From an uncultured Gammaproteobacteria bacterium (lineage in GTDB: Bacteria; Pseudomonadota; Gammaproteobacteria; Steroidobacterales; Rariloculaceae), in contig CAVVIC010000009.1 of NCBI GenBank assembly GCA_963748045.1, positions 6,154 to 70,153 on the forward strand: DNA of 64,000 nucleotides, read 5' to 3'. Of this stretch, positions 44,339-55,131 are shown one piece after another (positions within the stretch are counted from its first letter, which is position 1; every line of letters starts with the position of its first letter). Below the pieces are notes generated by a model that was not told the origin of the DNA, did not search any database, and saw only the letters and a list, made by a program, of their open reading frames with translations. A program made the position numbers and the translations under genes.

Positions 44339-45406
44339 ATGACAACCTTGAAGAACATCCTGCTGTGCGCGACCGCCTTGCTGCTCGTCGGCGCCGCGCA
44401 CGCGGCGGACGACTGCGCAGCCAGCGGCGGCCTGCAATTCGTGTGCGGTCCGAAGAACGCCGAAGATCTCGTCGCGGTGCCGAATACGAAGTCGCTGCTC
44501 TCGAGCGGCATGGCGGACGGCGGCGGCCTCATGCTGATCGATACGCGCGACGGCAGCTGGCGCGTGGCGTATCCCGGCGCCAGCCCACGCGCCGCGCACG
44601 ATGCGAAGTATCCCGACTGTGCAACGCCGCCCGATGCGTCGAAGCTCCAGACGCACGGGTTGAACTTGCTGCCCGGCCGCAACGGCCACTCGACGCTCTA
44701 TGCCGTCGCGCACGGCGCGCGCGAGTCGATCGAAGTGTTCGACGTGGACTCCTCGGGCAAGGAACCTGCACTCACGTGGCAAGGTTGCGTGCCGATGCCG
44801 GAAGGGCTCGCGGCGAACAGCGTCGCGTCATTCGCCGACGGCTCACTGGTCGCCACCGTGCTATTGATGCCGGGCAAGACGTTCGCCGACTCTGTCGCCA
44901 AGCGCCCGAGCGGCGCCGTGTTCGAGTGGTCGCCCGGCAAGCGCGGCTTCGAGCTCGTCAAAGGCAGCGAGCTGCCTGGCAACAACGGCATCGAGACTTC
45001 GCCGGACGGTAGCGAGATCTTCGTCGTGTCGTCGGGCTTCCAGACGGTCGTCGCGTTCTCGCATACGAACCCCACGAAGCAACTGCGCACGACGCGGCCG
45101 CTGCCGTTCACGCCGGACAACGTGCACCGTGGCCTGGATGGCAAGCTGCGCACCGCCGGCATGGCGAACGATGTGCCGGAATGCGGCGGCACGCCGGGTC
45201 CGCAGCACGATCTCTCGAAGCTCGGGAGCTGCCCGCGCGGCTCCATCGGCATGGAGATCGACCCGAAGACGATGAAGGACACCGTCGTCGTGCAGACGCA
45301 GACCAACAAAGCGTTCAGCAACGCGACGATGGTGCTCGTGCAGGACGGCCAGTTCTGGCTCGGCACGTTCTCGGGCGATCGGATCGCGCACGGCTCGCTG
45401 CGCTGA
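44339..45406 (+). CDS. Secreted SMP-30/paraoxonase-like six-bladed beta-propeller (lactonase/arylesterase)
   Basis: Signal peptide; CGPKNAEDL, HGL, HGARESIEVF, ANSVA, NNGIETSPDG, PDNV. Confidence 0.82.
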   Translation: MTTLKNILLCATALLLVGAAHAADDCAASGGLQFVCGPKNAEDLVAVPNTKSLLSSGMADGGGLMLIDTRDGSWRVAYPGASPRAAHDAKYPDCATPPDASKLQTHGLNLLPGRNGHSTLYAVAHGARESIEVFDVDSSGKEPALTWQGCVPMPEGLAANSVASFADGSLVATVLLMPGKTFADSVAKRPSGAVFEWSPGKRGFELVKGSELPGNNGIETSPDGSEIFVVSSGFQTVVAFSHTNPTKQLRTTRPLPFTPDNVHRGLDGKLRTAGMANDVPECGGTPGPQHDLSKLGSCPRGSIGMEIDPKTMKDTVVVQTQTNKAFSNATMVLVQDGQFWLGTFSGDRIAHGSLR

Positions 45407-45436
45407 CGCCGCGCGCGCCTTCGCGCGCGGGCTCCG

Positions 45437-45853
45437 CTACTTCGCGCTCGCGCCCGTGGATTGGGGCAACACGAACAAGCAGGACGGCCCGCTGGCGCGC
45501 GCGAGGCGGGCGTCGAGCGTAGCGAGCGGTAGCTCGAGCATCTCGGCGAGTGCGACATACCACGCGTCGTAGCTCGTGAGCGTATGACGCAGCTCCCAGA
45601 TGCGTTCGGCGGCTGGCTCGAACGGATAGAGCGCGAGGGGTAGCTGCAAATGGTGCTGGTGAGCGATCGCGGCTTCAGCCGACGAGATCTTCTTGGCGCG
45701 TTCGAAGCGACGCAGAATGTTCGTGGCTTCCACGAGCACGAGCTCAGGTGCGTGGAGATCACCGCTCTCGAGCACGCCTTCGGCCCATGTCCCTACCGGT
45801 CCCGCGTCAACGGTGGCCGCGATGAGGACCGAGGCGTCGACGACGATGCTCAA
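45437..45853 (-). CDS. vapC: VapC PIN-domain toxin
   Basis: IVVDASVL, HAPEL..VEATNILRR, YDAWYVALAE.L..PLATLDARL. Confidence 0.92.
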   Translation of the reverse strand: MSIVVDASVLIAATVDAGPVGTWAEGVLESGDLHAPELVLVEATNILRRFERAKKISSAEAAIAHQHHLQLPLALYPFEPAAERIWELRHTLTSYDAWYVALAEMLELPLATLDARLARASGPSCLFVLPQSTGASAK

Positions 45854-46086
45854 CGCCGGTCAGCGTCTCGGTGACGTAGAACTTCTTTGGGCGATACGCG
45901 CGATCGCGCAGCCTTCTTGCTCCGGCGCACGGCGGCGATCCATGCCTCGACGGAGGGCTTTGCCGCCAACCGCTCGAGCTCGGTACGCAGGAACTCCTGC
46001 ATGGACTTGCCTTGGCGCGCGGCACGAGCCGCTAGCTCGTCGCGAACGTTCTCCGGGACATCGCGAATGGTGATTTGGATAGCCAT
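45850..46086 (-). CDS. FitA-like ribbon-helix-helix antitoxin
   Basis: MAIQITIRDVPENVRDELAARAARQGKSMQEFL; overlaps the vapC start by 4 nt. Confidence 0.88.
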   Translation of the reverse strand: MAIQITIRDVPENVRDELAARAARQGKSMQEFLRTELERLAAKPSVEAWIAAVRRSKKAARSRVSPKEVLRHRDADRR

Positions 46087-46208
46087 GCATGCATAATGCC
46101 AGCAGTTCGAGTTCGCAGCAAACGCGCCGCGATGTGGGCCGCGTTTCGCGCCGCGGCTCGAAGACGGGCAGTGGTGGGGGCGCCAAGAGGGGTGAAGTGT
46201 TGGTTCGA

Positions 46209-46730
46209 TTGAAGAGCACCAAGCGAGCGGTTCCGCTGGCACTTTTAGTGATGGCGGTCGGCTGCGAGAGGTTCACCGGTCACGCGGTGCGCGATTGGTC
46301 GGAAGACGTGGCGCTCGGCGACGGGCGCACCATCACGATCGACAGGCACGTAGAGTTCGACGTCTCGAACTCGCTTGCGGGTGATGCTTACTCCGCCACA
46401 CTGACGAAATCGGCGATCTCGTTCCGTGGTAGTCCCCCGATTCCTCGCTGGGACTTTCCGATGGAGGCGATGGTTTTCTACCAGGACGCCAACTCTTCGG
46501 AGTGGGTCGTTGTAGCGACGATGACAAGCTGCCAGGTGTGGGACGTTCGAGGCAAACCTCAGCCGCCCTACTGGGAATTTCGTTTGAGGGGACCTTCGTG
46601 GAGCGAAGTGGCCGTTTCGGACGGTTCGTTCGGTAGGCGGACCAATCTTTTCATCGGCTACGAACCTGGCTTCCGGCCAAACACATCACACCTGCGATTG
46701 ACCGAGAAATACCTGTCACACGGGCATTGA
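46209..46730 (+). CDS. Hypothetical lipoprotein
   Basis: TTG start, lipobox-like AVGC, WSEDVALGDGRTITIDR; lower GC. The 3' end may be affected by a frameshift. Confidence 0.65.
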   Translation: MKSTKRAVPLALLVMAVGCERFTGHAVRDWSEDVALGDGRTITIDRHVEFDVSNSLAGDAYSATLTKSAISFRGSPPIPRWDFPMEAMVFYQDANSSEWVVVATMTSCQVWDVRGKPQPPYWEFRLRGPSWSEVAVSDGSFGRRTNLFIGYEPGFRPNTSHLRLTEKYLSHGH

Positions 46731-46907
46731 TGTCGATCTGCAGATCTGTCAGGTCAGACGCCCGGTCCAGGTGTGCCGAACTTCGGAGTCGCGAGCTGAG
46801 GAGCTGCGAACGGTGCGGTAGCGGCGATGCGCTCGTCGGGGTCGCGCGAGCGAGAAGTGGTCGAGGTGATCGGCGTCGGGATTAACACTCGAGCCGCGGC
46901 GGGATCG

Positions 46908-48827
46908 TTACGGAGCGCGAACGCGTGCAGCGTGTCGTTCGCGACGACGGCCACGTATTGCTTGCCGTTGCCGCCGAGGTAAGTCATCGGGTTCGCGTTC
47001 GACGGTGTCGGCGAGCTGCACGGACCAGAGCTCGCGGCCCGTCGCCGAGTCGAACGCGCGAAAGCGCGCATCGTTCGTCGCGCCGACGAACACGAGCCCG
47101 CCGGCTGTAGCCGTCGGCCCCGCGCTGCCGCTGCCGCCCGTCAGTTGTTTCTCCGCCGGCAACCCGCGCGTGATCCCAAGCGTGCTCGTCCAGCGAATCT
47201 CGCCCGTGTTCGCATCGAGCGCCACGAGCCGCGACCACGGCGGCCGAGTGCACGGCAACGTCGCGAGCACTTTGCCGTTCGCATCTTTCAGCGGCGCGCT
47301 GAACGTGAAGTACGGCCCCGCGCCGTCGACGCTGCCGCGATCGTACGGAATCGTGGAGCCCTGCGTGCCGCGCCCGTAGTTCTTGCCGGGCTTCTTCGGT
47401 TCGATCCAGCCGATCAGCGACGTGTCGTGCGCGTGAATGTACAGCGTGGCCGTGCCGGGATCCGCCGCGATGCCGCCCCAGTTCACGCCGCCGCCGGCGC
47501 CCGGCAGTTGCAGCGTGGTCTTCGGCGCGTCGCCGTCGCGATGGAACGCGAACGGCGTGTACGGTCCGGCGTTCAAAAGGCCGCCGCTCTTCTGCCACAG
47601 CGCTTCGCACGCGGCCGCGTGCTCCGGCGACGTGTCTTCCGCGCGCACCATGTCGCGCTCTTTCACGAAGTCCACGCGCGCGAGCGGCGCCGCCGGCTTC
47701 ACGGGAAACGGTTGCGTCGGCGAATACCATTCGCCGGGCACGGAGCCCGCGGGCACCGGCCGCTCCTCGACGCCGAACACGGGCTTGCCGGTCGCGCGAT
47801 TCAGGATGAACGCGTACGCGCTCTTGCCGATCGACGCGAGCGCCGGCGTGCGCCGCCCGTGTTGCACGAGGTCGATCAGCACGGGCGGGTTCGGCAGATC
47901 GAGATCCCACAGATCGTGATGGATGGTTTGGAAGTGCCAGAGGTATCGGCCGGTGCGCGCGTCGACGGCCACGATCGAGTTGCCGAATAGATTCGCGCCG
48001 GGCCGGTCGCCGCCCCAGTAGTTGCCGGCCGCGCTCGCGACTGGCATGTACAGCACGCCGCGCTGTTCGTCGAGCGTCATGTACCACGCCCACACGTTGA
48101 CGCCGGAGCGGTTGCGCCAGCCGTTGTCGAGCCACGTGTCGTGACCGCGCTCGCCGGGCAGCGGCACTGTGTGAAACGTCCACACGAGCTTGCCGGTGCG
48201 CACGTCGAACGCGCGCGTGTCGCCGGGTTCCGCGAGCGCGACTTCGCCCGTGGTTGCGCCGAGGATCGCGAGATCGCCGAAGATCACGGGCACGCCATTC
48301 CACGGCACGGCGATCTGCACGACGCCGTCCATGCCGAAGCTCGTGACGAGTGCGCCGCTGCGCGCGTCGAGCGCGACGAGTGTCGGACCGGCCGTCAGCA
48401 GGATTCGCGGCGCCAACGTGCCGTCGCCGGGCCAGTACGCGACGCCGCGCGCCGTCGTGTCGAGCGGCGCCGGCAACACGCGCCGCCACAGCTCGCGGCC
48501 CGTGTCGGCCTCGAGCGCCAGCACCTCGTGGCCGCGCACGGGCAGGTACATAACGCCGTCGACCACGATCGGCGTGGCCTGCGGATTGCCGGCCGCGCCG
48601 GGTGCGTCGTCGTTCGCGGCCGCCGTGCGCGCGACCGGCACTTTCCACGCCTCGGCGAGTGCGCCGACGTTGGTTCGGTCGATCTGCGTCAGCGCGGAGA
48701 ACCGCGTGCCGGCGTGGTCGTGGCTGTACATCGGCCAGTCGCCGGGCGGCGCCGCAGGCGCGGTGCCGGCGCTGACAATGGCGGCCAGCGCGAGGGCGGA
48801 GTGCAGACAACTACGGCGCGAACGCAT
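46908..48827 (-). CDS. Soluble PQQ-dependent dehydrogenase (glucose/quinate/shikimate-type)
   Basis: Signal peptide; DWPMY, RFSALTQI, QATP, RGVAYW, WHFQTIHHDLWDLD, SPTQPFP, GG.NWGG, PCTRPPW, TAGGLVF, GKQYV. Confidence 0.9.
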   Translation of the reverse strand: MRSRRSCLHSALALAAIVSAGTAPAAPPGDWPMYSHDHAGTRFSALTQIDRTNVGALAEAWKVPVARTAAANDDAPGAAGNPQATPIVVDGVMYLPVRGHEVLALEADTGRELWRRVLPAPLDTTARGVAYWPGDGTLAPRILLTAGPTLVALDARSGALVTSFGMDGVVQIAVPWNGVPVIFGDLAILGATTGEVALAEPGDTRAFDVRTGKLVWTFHTVPLPGERGHDTWLDNGWRNRSGVNVWAWYMTLDEQRGVLYMPVASAAGNYWGGDRPGANLFGNSIVAVDARTGRYLWHFQTIHHDLWDLDLPNPPVLIDLVQHGRRTPALASIGKSAYAFILNRATGKPVFGVEERPVPAGSVPGEWYSPTQPFPVKPAAPLARVDFVKERDMVRAEDTSPEHAAACEALWQKSGGLLNAGPYTPFAFHRDGDAPKTTLQLPGAGGGVNWGGIAADPGTATLYIHAHDTSLIGWIEPKKPGKNYGRGTQGSTIPYDRGSVDGAGPYFTFSAPLKDANGKVLATLPCTRPPWSRLVALDANTGEIRWTSTLGITRGLPAEKQLTGGSGSAGPTATAGGLVFVGATNDARFRAFDSATGRELWSVQLADTVEREPDDLPRRQRQAIRGRRRERHAARVRAP

Positions 48828-48971
48828 GCGGGCTCCGGTGCGGGACCATGGCCGGCGACTCTACTACAGCCGGCGCTGCGCCTACGTTCGCGGCGGAGGC
48901 CGGCGCCGAAACTGGCCGCGCCTCCGTCCCGCGCCTAGAATCGTCGCAGGCGTGGGGAGCACCTTCTGACC

Positions 48972-49701
48972 GTGGGCACGGGACACTTCGTTCGATTCTT
49001 GCTGACGCTTGCGGCGTGCACGGCGACGCCGCTCGCGTTTGCACAGCAGCCTGCGCCGAACTTGAACGGTTACGTGACGCTGTCGACCGCCTACTGGAAG
49101 CGTGGCTTCGCGCAGAACGAAGGCCCGTCCGCGCAGGCGGGCATCGACTTCGAGCATCGCACCGGCTTCTATGCCGGCGGGTGGGCTGGCGAACGTCGAT
49201 TTCGCTCGCGAGTACAACCAGGACGAGCCGCGTCGCCGTCGAGGCCGACATCTACGCCGGCTATCACAAGCGGCAAGAGCAATGGTCGTGGAACGTCGGC
49301 CTCGGGCACTACCTGTATCCCGGCACGGCCATCAACTACGACTACAACGAGTTGAGCGCCACGTTCGGGTTTCGCGACCGGTTGTTCTACACGGCCGCGT
49401 ACAGCGATGCGTACTACGGACTGTGGCGCGTCCTCGCTGAACCAGGAGGTGTCGCTCGCGTACCCGCTGCGCGGCAACGTCGAGATCGGCGGCGGCGGTC
49501 GGCAAGTTCAGGGTCAACGGTGACGTGCTCGACGTCACGTACTGGAACGTCGGCGTGTCGAAGCTCGTGCGGCGCGTGGCCATCGACCTGCGCTACTACG
49601 ACAGCAACTATCAGTGGCTGAGCTACTGGGGCGATCCCAACGCGAATCACTTCGTGCTGAGCGTCTCGTACGCGCTCGGCAGCCGGCGGCCGAAGATCTA
49701 G
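48972..49701 (+). CDS. TorF-like (TIGR02001-type) outer-membrane beta-barrel; frameshifted
   Basis: GYVTL.T.YWKRG.AQNEGPSAQAGIDF...GFYAG.W, EADIYAGY, YLYPG, YDYNE, DLRYYDS. Confidence 0.82.
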
Positions 49702-49702
49702 G

Positions 49703-50982
49703 CTAGAAGCTGGCCGCTGTCGCGCCGCCGGTGCACGCCGCCGACACGCCGACGCGCGTCAGCGCGCGGCACGCGTTGATCGACGCTCGTCCGATCGAAT
49801 GCGTGGTGCTCGCGGTCAGAATCGCGGCGATGCGTTCCGCGTCGAGCTCGTGGTCGCGTTCCATCAACAGCGCCACGACGCCGGTGGCGTGGGCCGCGGC
49901 AAGCGAGTTGCCCGTGAGGAACGCATAGCGCGCGCCCGGCGTCGTCGTCAGGATTTCGTCGGCGGGCGCCGCGACGTTGTACGGCGAGTCGGAGCTCGCG
50001 GCTTCGATCGACGAGTGCGCCGCGAACACCTGTGCGTGCGAGGACGGGAACGCCACGGCCGGCGCGGCCGTTTCCGGCTGCGCCGTCACGACGACGATGC
50101 CGCGCGAGATCACGACGTCGAGCAGCTTCGACAGCAGCGGGTCGGCGGGCCCCGCGAGGCTCAAGGTTGATGACGTTGGGCTTCAACGCGAGCGCGGTCT
50201 CGAGCGCGCGCGCGAGCGAGAAGCTCGAGCACTGCGCCGCGACGCTGTCGGTGGCGACGGACCAGCACGCACGCAACGCGGCGATGCTGACGTCGGGCGC
50301 GACGCCGATGATGCCTACGTTGTTGTTGACCGCCGAAGCGATGATGCCGGCCACGGCCGTGCCGTGAACCTCGCCGTCGCGCGCGAGCGGGTGCTCGCTC
50401 ACGAGGTTGCGCGCGATGCGCACGCGGCCGCGTAGATCGGGGTGGTTCGCGTCTATCCCCGAGTCGATGATCGCGATCGACACACCACGGCCCGTGGCGA
50501 ACTGGTGCGCTTCCTCGACGTCGAGCTCGGCCGCGGCGGACTGGAGCCCGACGTACGGATCGTCGTAGTGCGTGGTCTGCGTTTCGAACATGTTCATGCG
50601 CTGCACGATGTCGACACGCGGATCGGCGGCGATGGCCGCGATCACGGCGTCGACGTCGCGGTCGCTCGGTACGCCGAGCACTTCGCAATAGACGCCGAGG
50701 GACTGAATCTCCCAACCGTCGACACGGCGCAGACCGTGGTCGCGGGCAATCTGGCTCAAGACGCGGTCGACCGTCGGCGCCGGGCCGTAGCGGCGCTGCA
50801 GGTAACGCGCGTTCGGCGCGCCCGTGAGACCGGCGGCGAGCTCCACGGACTGACGCACCGTCACGAGGATCTGCCGATTCGCGGTCGCGGTGGCCGCCGA
50901 CGCCTGGCGCCGCTTGCTCGCGCGGCGTCGTCGCGCAGGCCGCGAGCAGCACCGCCAGCGCCGCGGCGATCGCGAGCCTCAT
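49703..50982 (-). CDS. S8 (subtilisin-like) serine peptidase lipoprotein; frameshifted
   Basis: Lipobox LAAC; triad motifs IIDSGID, HGTAVAG and TGNSLAAAH. Confidence 0.9.
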
Positions 50983-51619
50983 CGCGTGCTCTCGGTGAAC
51001 GCTCGGCCGGCGAAGCGGACCCGCGGATCGCGCGCGAGCTGTCTCGATCAGCGCGGTGACCTCGGTGTCCGTCGCACTGCCGCCGCGGATGCGCACGCCG
51101 TAGCGTCCGAGCTCGCTCGGTCCGGCGACGATCTCGCCGTCGACGGTCTGCAGCAGCGCCTGAATGTCGGCGACGGCGGTTTGTTGATCGAAGATCAGGT
51201 CGATCTGTGCGCGCTGCGTGTCAGAGTTGTGTCGCGAGCGTCGTGTAGCCCGCCTGGTTCGGGACGTTCGGCGCGAGCCAGAGCAGCACGCCGAGGAAAG
51301 CGACGCCGACCGATGCCACGGCTGCAAAGCGGAAGAACGGCGCGTAGCCCCAGTCGCGGCGTACCGCCCGACTCGCGGTTTCGCGGTCGAGCTGGCGCTG
51401 CAGTCGGTCGAGGCCAGCCTCGGCCGATAGGTGTAGCGTAGGTTGGCTGCGCACGGCGAGGCGCAGACGCTCGAGTTCCTTCAGCTCGCGGCGGCACACG
51501 ATGCAGGAACGGACGTGCGATTCCACGCCGTCGCGCTCGGCCGCCGCCAGGGTGCCGTTGGCCAACCAGGGAAGAAGCTCGTGAGCGGTGTGGTGATCGA
51601 GTTCCGACAGCTCCGTCAT
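50979..51619 (-). CDS. zf-HC2 anti-sigma factor
   Basis: ELLPWLANGTL...HVRSCIVC, a TM segment, YTTL, then a periplasmic domain (IVAGPSELGRY). Confidence 0.85.
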
Positions 51620-52214
51620 GGCGCGTCCTTGCCGAGGGCCGGCAGCAGGTCCTTCAGCTTTGCGCGCGCATGGAACATACGGGTCTTCACCGTGTTCACC
51701 GGGCACACCACGATCGCCGCGATCTCCTCGTAGGAGCAGCCATAGAAGTAGGTCAGCTCGACCACGGCTCGTTGTTCGGGCGACAGATGGCGCATGCCTT
51801 CCTCGAGTAGATCGCGCAAATCCGCATCGTCGCTGTGTTCCGCCGGTGGCTCCGAACGTTCAATGAAGGCGTCGAAATCCACGCTCGCGAACCGGTCGGA
51901 CCAACGGCGGTAAGCCTCCAGGGATTTCAAGGCCTTACGGTAGCCAATGCCCATGAGCCAGGTCGATACGCTCGAGCGGTGCCCGAACGACTGGCTGTTG
52001 CGCCAGACGACCATCATGACGTCGTTCACACATTCCTGGGCGAGGTCGAGGCGGCGTGTGACGCGGTACATGAACCGCAGCAGCGGGTGGTAGTAGCGGG
52101 TGTACAGCTCGCTCAGCGCGGCACGATCGCCGAGGCCGATGCGCTTGAGCAACGCAACGTCCGCGGCGTCGTCGGGGCGCGCAGCCGCGACTGGCTCTGA
52201 ACCCCGTCGTCCAT
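51616..52214 (-). CDS. ECF sigma-70 factor
   Basis: DVALLKRI..GDRAAL.ELY.RY, F..RS.VSTWL.GI, LSPEQRAVVEL...SYEEIA....PVNTVKTRMFHAR. The start is approximate. Confidence 0.92.
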
Positions 52215-52308
52215 AATTCTTTCTACTGGTGGTGGAGCGGCCCGCCTTTAGTCTACGCACGCACCCCGCAAGTTTCATGCATCGCGGGGAAGCAGAGCAT
52301 TGCCGGCG

Positions 52309-52957
52309 TCAGCGGCGTGCTCGATACGTCACGATGAGGCCGAAATCCGCCGCCAACTGCGCCGGCGCGTGCGGCGACGTGAACACCGCGGAAAGGCGCC
52401 CGGCAGGGTCCACCAGCGCGATGTTCGAGGAGTGGCTCACGAGATAGGCGTCGTCGCTCTGGCCCTCGGGCACGAAGAACACGCTGCCGGTGTGCTCGGT
52501 CAGCAACTTCAAGTCGTCGATCGAGCCCGTGAGGCCGTGGAAGCTCGCGTCGAAATACGTGACGTACTCGCGCAGTCGCTCGGGCGTGTCGCGTCGCGGG
52601 TCCACGGACACGAGGTAGTAGTCGGTCGGCGTGTCGGGGAGTTGCTCGGCGAGACGCTTCTTCAGCGTCGCGAGCTCGACCAGCGTCAGAGGGCAGACGT
52701 CCGGGCAGTACGTGTAGCCGAAGTACAGGAACGACCAACGGCCGGCGAAGTCCGCCGGGGCGAAATGCGCGACCCTGCTCGTCGACGAGCGCCACGGGCG
52801 GCAGCGCCTTCGGCTCGGCCAGCACGTAGCCGCCGATCTTCGGCGGCGGTTCGGTCTGCCAGTAGTGGCGCCCCACCGCGCCGCCGACGACGGCCGCCGC
52901 AATCGCCGCGATGACCACGAGCCAGCGTCGCGTGTGGGAAGCGGCGGTCGCGCTCGT
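52309..52957 (-). CDS. SCO1/SenC copper chaperone
   Basis: FGYTYCPDVCP, VSVDPRRDTPE.L..Y, YLVSHSS. N-terminal TM; the start is approximate. Confidence 0.93.
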
Positions 52958-52961
52958 GCCG

Positions 52962-53419
52962 TCAGTGATGGTGGTGCTCCGGCTCGACGCGGCCGTCGCG
53001 AACGGGCACGTCGATCGTGAGGTCGCCCGCCTTCTCGAAATGCAGCGTCACCTTGATCGTGGTGTCGGGCTTCAGCGGCGCCGCGATGTCGACCAGCATC
53101 AGGTGTATCTCGCCCGGCGCGAGCTTGACCTTGCCGTGCGCGGGCACCTCGACGCTATCGAGTTGGCGCATGTGCTGCATGCCGTGCTCCTCGACCTCCG
53201 CGTGCAGCAGCACCTGTCGCGCCGGCGGGGCTCGAGGCGCCGAGCAGGCGGTCGGCGGCTCCATCGTTGGTCACGGTCAGATACGCGGCCGCGGTCGTGA
53301 CGCCGGGCGGCGTGGCGCGCGCCCAGGCGGCCGTGATCGTGACGGGCGGTGCGGCGAAGCGCAAGCGCGGGGGCGAGCAGCAGTAACGCCGTCAGCAGGC
53401 GGAGTGGGGCGGTGGTCAT
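52962..53419 (-). CDS. PCu(A)C copper chaperone; frameshifted
   Basis: AWARATPPG...AAYL..TN...DRL, H...MQHM...HLML, C-terminal HHHH. Confidence 0.9.
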
Positions 53420-53502
53420 GGCGCGGGGAGTACCTAAGATTCGTAGGCGATATCGTAACTCCGCGGAGCCGTGGGCGTCGTGGGCGGCCGGTCGGGCCGG
53501 AA

Positions 53503-54196
53503 CTAGCTGCCGGTGTCGTGCGCCGGGCAAGGCTTGCCCGGCTTGATCGTCAGGAAACGGTCGACGACGAGTACCTCACCGCTCGAGACGTGCGCGAGGT
53601 GTGCGTCGACGGTCGTCAACGCGATCTTGCCGCGCGGGTTCATCACGCGCTGTTGCCGGCGCAGCTCCTTGAACGCGCCGGCCTCGGCCACACGCAGCGG
53701 CAAGCCCGTGAGGCATTCCGTGAAAGTCACGACGCCATCTTTCGTCTGCGCGCTCTCGCCGTCGAGCCGCAGCGCGATCCTTGAACGCCGGGTCCGACGT
53801 GTCGCGAGCGAGCACGTGCTCGACGGGCGACGCGACGCGCAGCCGCAATCGGTCGGTGTCGAGCACGGCGAGCCGCCGCTCGGGCCCCGGGCCGCGCAGC
53901 ACGACTTCCGCTGCGTGCTCGTCCCACGTCCAGTGACCGAGCGCGTAGGTCATCTCGGTGCCGACGGCGCCGTCGCCGCCGGTGAACGATTGGCGGAAGA
54001 AGAAACGTTGGTCGCCACGCAGCCACAGCGTGGCGCCCACGCCGGTGCAGTTGCTGCAGGGAAATTGGCCCGCGTAGACGCCCGGCAGCGTGGCCGGCGC
54101 CGGTGTCGTCGCGTCGGCGTCGTCGCCGTGATCACGGCCGCAGCCGGCGATCACGACGCCGAGCAACACGAGCGCGGTCAACGACCGAAGGTTCAT
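53503..54196 (-). CDS. NlpE-like lipoprotein (CxxC)
   Basis: Lipobox IAGC; GVYAGQFPCSNC.G...TL.L, and a second domain FTEC.TG..L.V after a frameshift. Confidence 0.8.
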
Positions 54197-54377
54197 CCGG
54201 GAGCCCCATGCCCGCGTGCCGCGGGACTGCACCAATGTCGCACTGGTGGCCGCCTGCCGGGAGTACATGGTTCACGTTGGCTCTGTGCGCGAGCGCACGC
54301 TTGCGACCACGAGGTTTTCTGGACCCTCGACGCCGGGCGTCCTTTAGAGTTCGCCGGCCTCGTGGAGGACGCTCGTC

Positions 54378-55128
54378 TTGAACGCACGCGTCGACGGAGG
54401 TCTGTATCGCCATAGCTCGAAGTTCTTCGTCGTGTTCCTGGCGTTGATGGTGTGGGCGTTCTGGCCGAGCTACTTCACGCGCCTGTTCGAGCAGCCGAGC
54501 TTCTGGTTCCACGCGCACGGCATCGTGCTGACGCTCTGGTGCGTGCTGCTCGTCGTCCAGGCGCAGCTGATTCGCACCGGGCGGCGCGGCTGGCACCGGT
54601 TGCTCGGGCAGTCGTCGTACGTGCTCGCGCCGGCCGTCGTGATCATCACGACGTTGTTCGTGCACTACCGCGTGGCGCCCGCGTTGCGCGGCGTCGCGGT
54701 GTTGCCGCCCTTCGCGCTGCACTTTCTCGCGCTGACGCTGATCTCGATCGTCGCGTTCGCGCTGTTCTATGCGCTCGCGATCTGGTTTCGGCGCGACGCG
54801 CAGGTCCATGCGCGCTGGATGGTGTGCACGGTGTTCCCGCTGGTCACGCCCGTGACCGATCGGCTGATCGGCGCACATTTCCAGCCGGTGATCGGGCTCG
54901 TGCCGCAGATCGACGGCAGCCCGATCCTGCCCGGCGGCGGGGTTCCTGCTCGCGGATCTCGTGCTCGTGGCGCTGGCCGCGTGGGATTGGCGAGCGAACC
55001 GCCGGCTCGGTGTGTTCCCGGTCGCGTTAGGTGCGCTGCTCGTGTACCACGTCGGCGCGCTCACGCTGCATCGCGTGGCGCTCTGGAACGCGTTCTGCGT
55101 CTGGTTCCTCGGCTTGCCGTTGCCCTGA
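54378..55128 (+). CDS. Hypothetical multi-pass membrane protein
   Basis: FWPSYF, HAHG...LW..LL..Q..LIRTGR...HRLLG, H.RWM; a frameshift near 54940. Confidence 0.78.
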
Positions 55129-55131
55129 AGC

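Noticed and set aside
46731-46907. Possible integron attC site after the lipoprotein (GCCGAAC...)
   Set aside because: I could not find a complementary GTTRRRY end with paired L boxes, and there is no integrase or cassette array.
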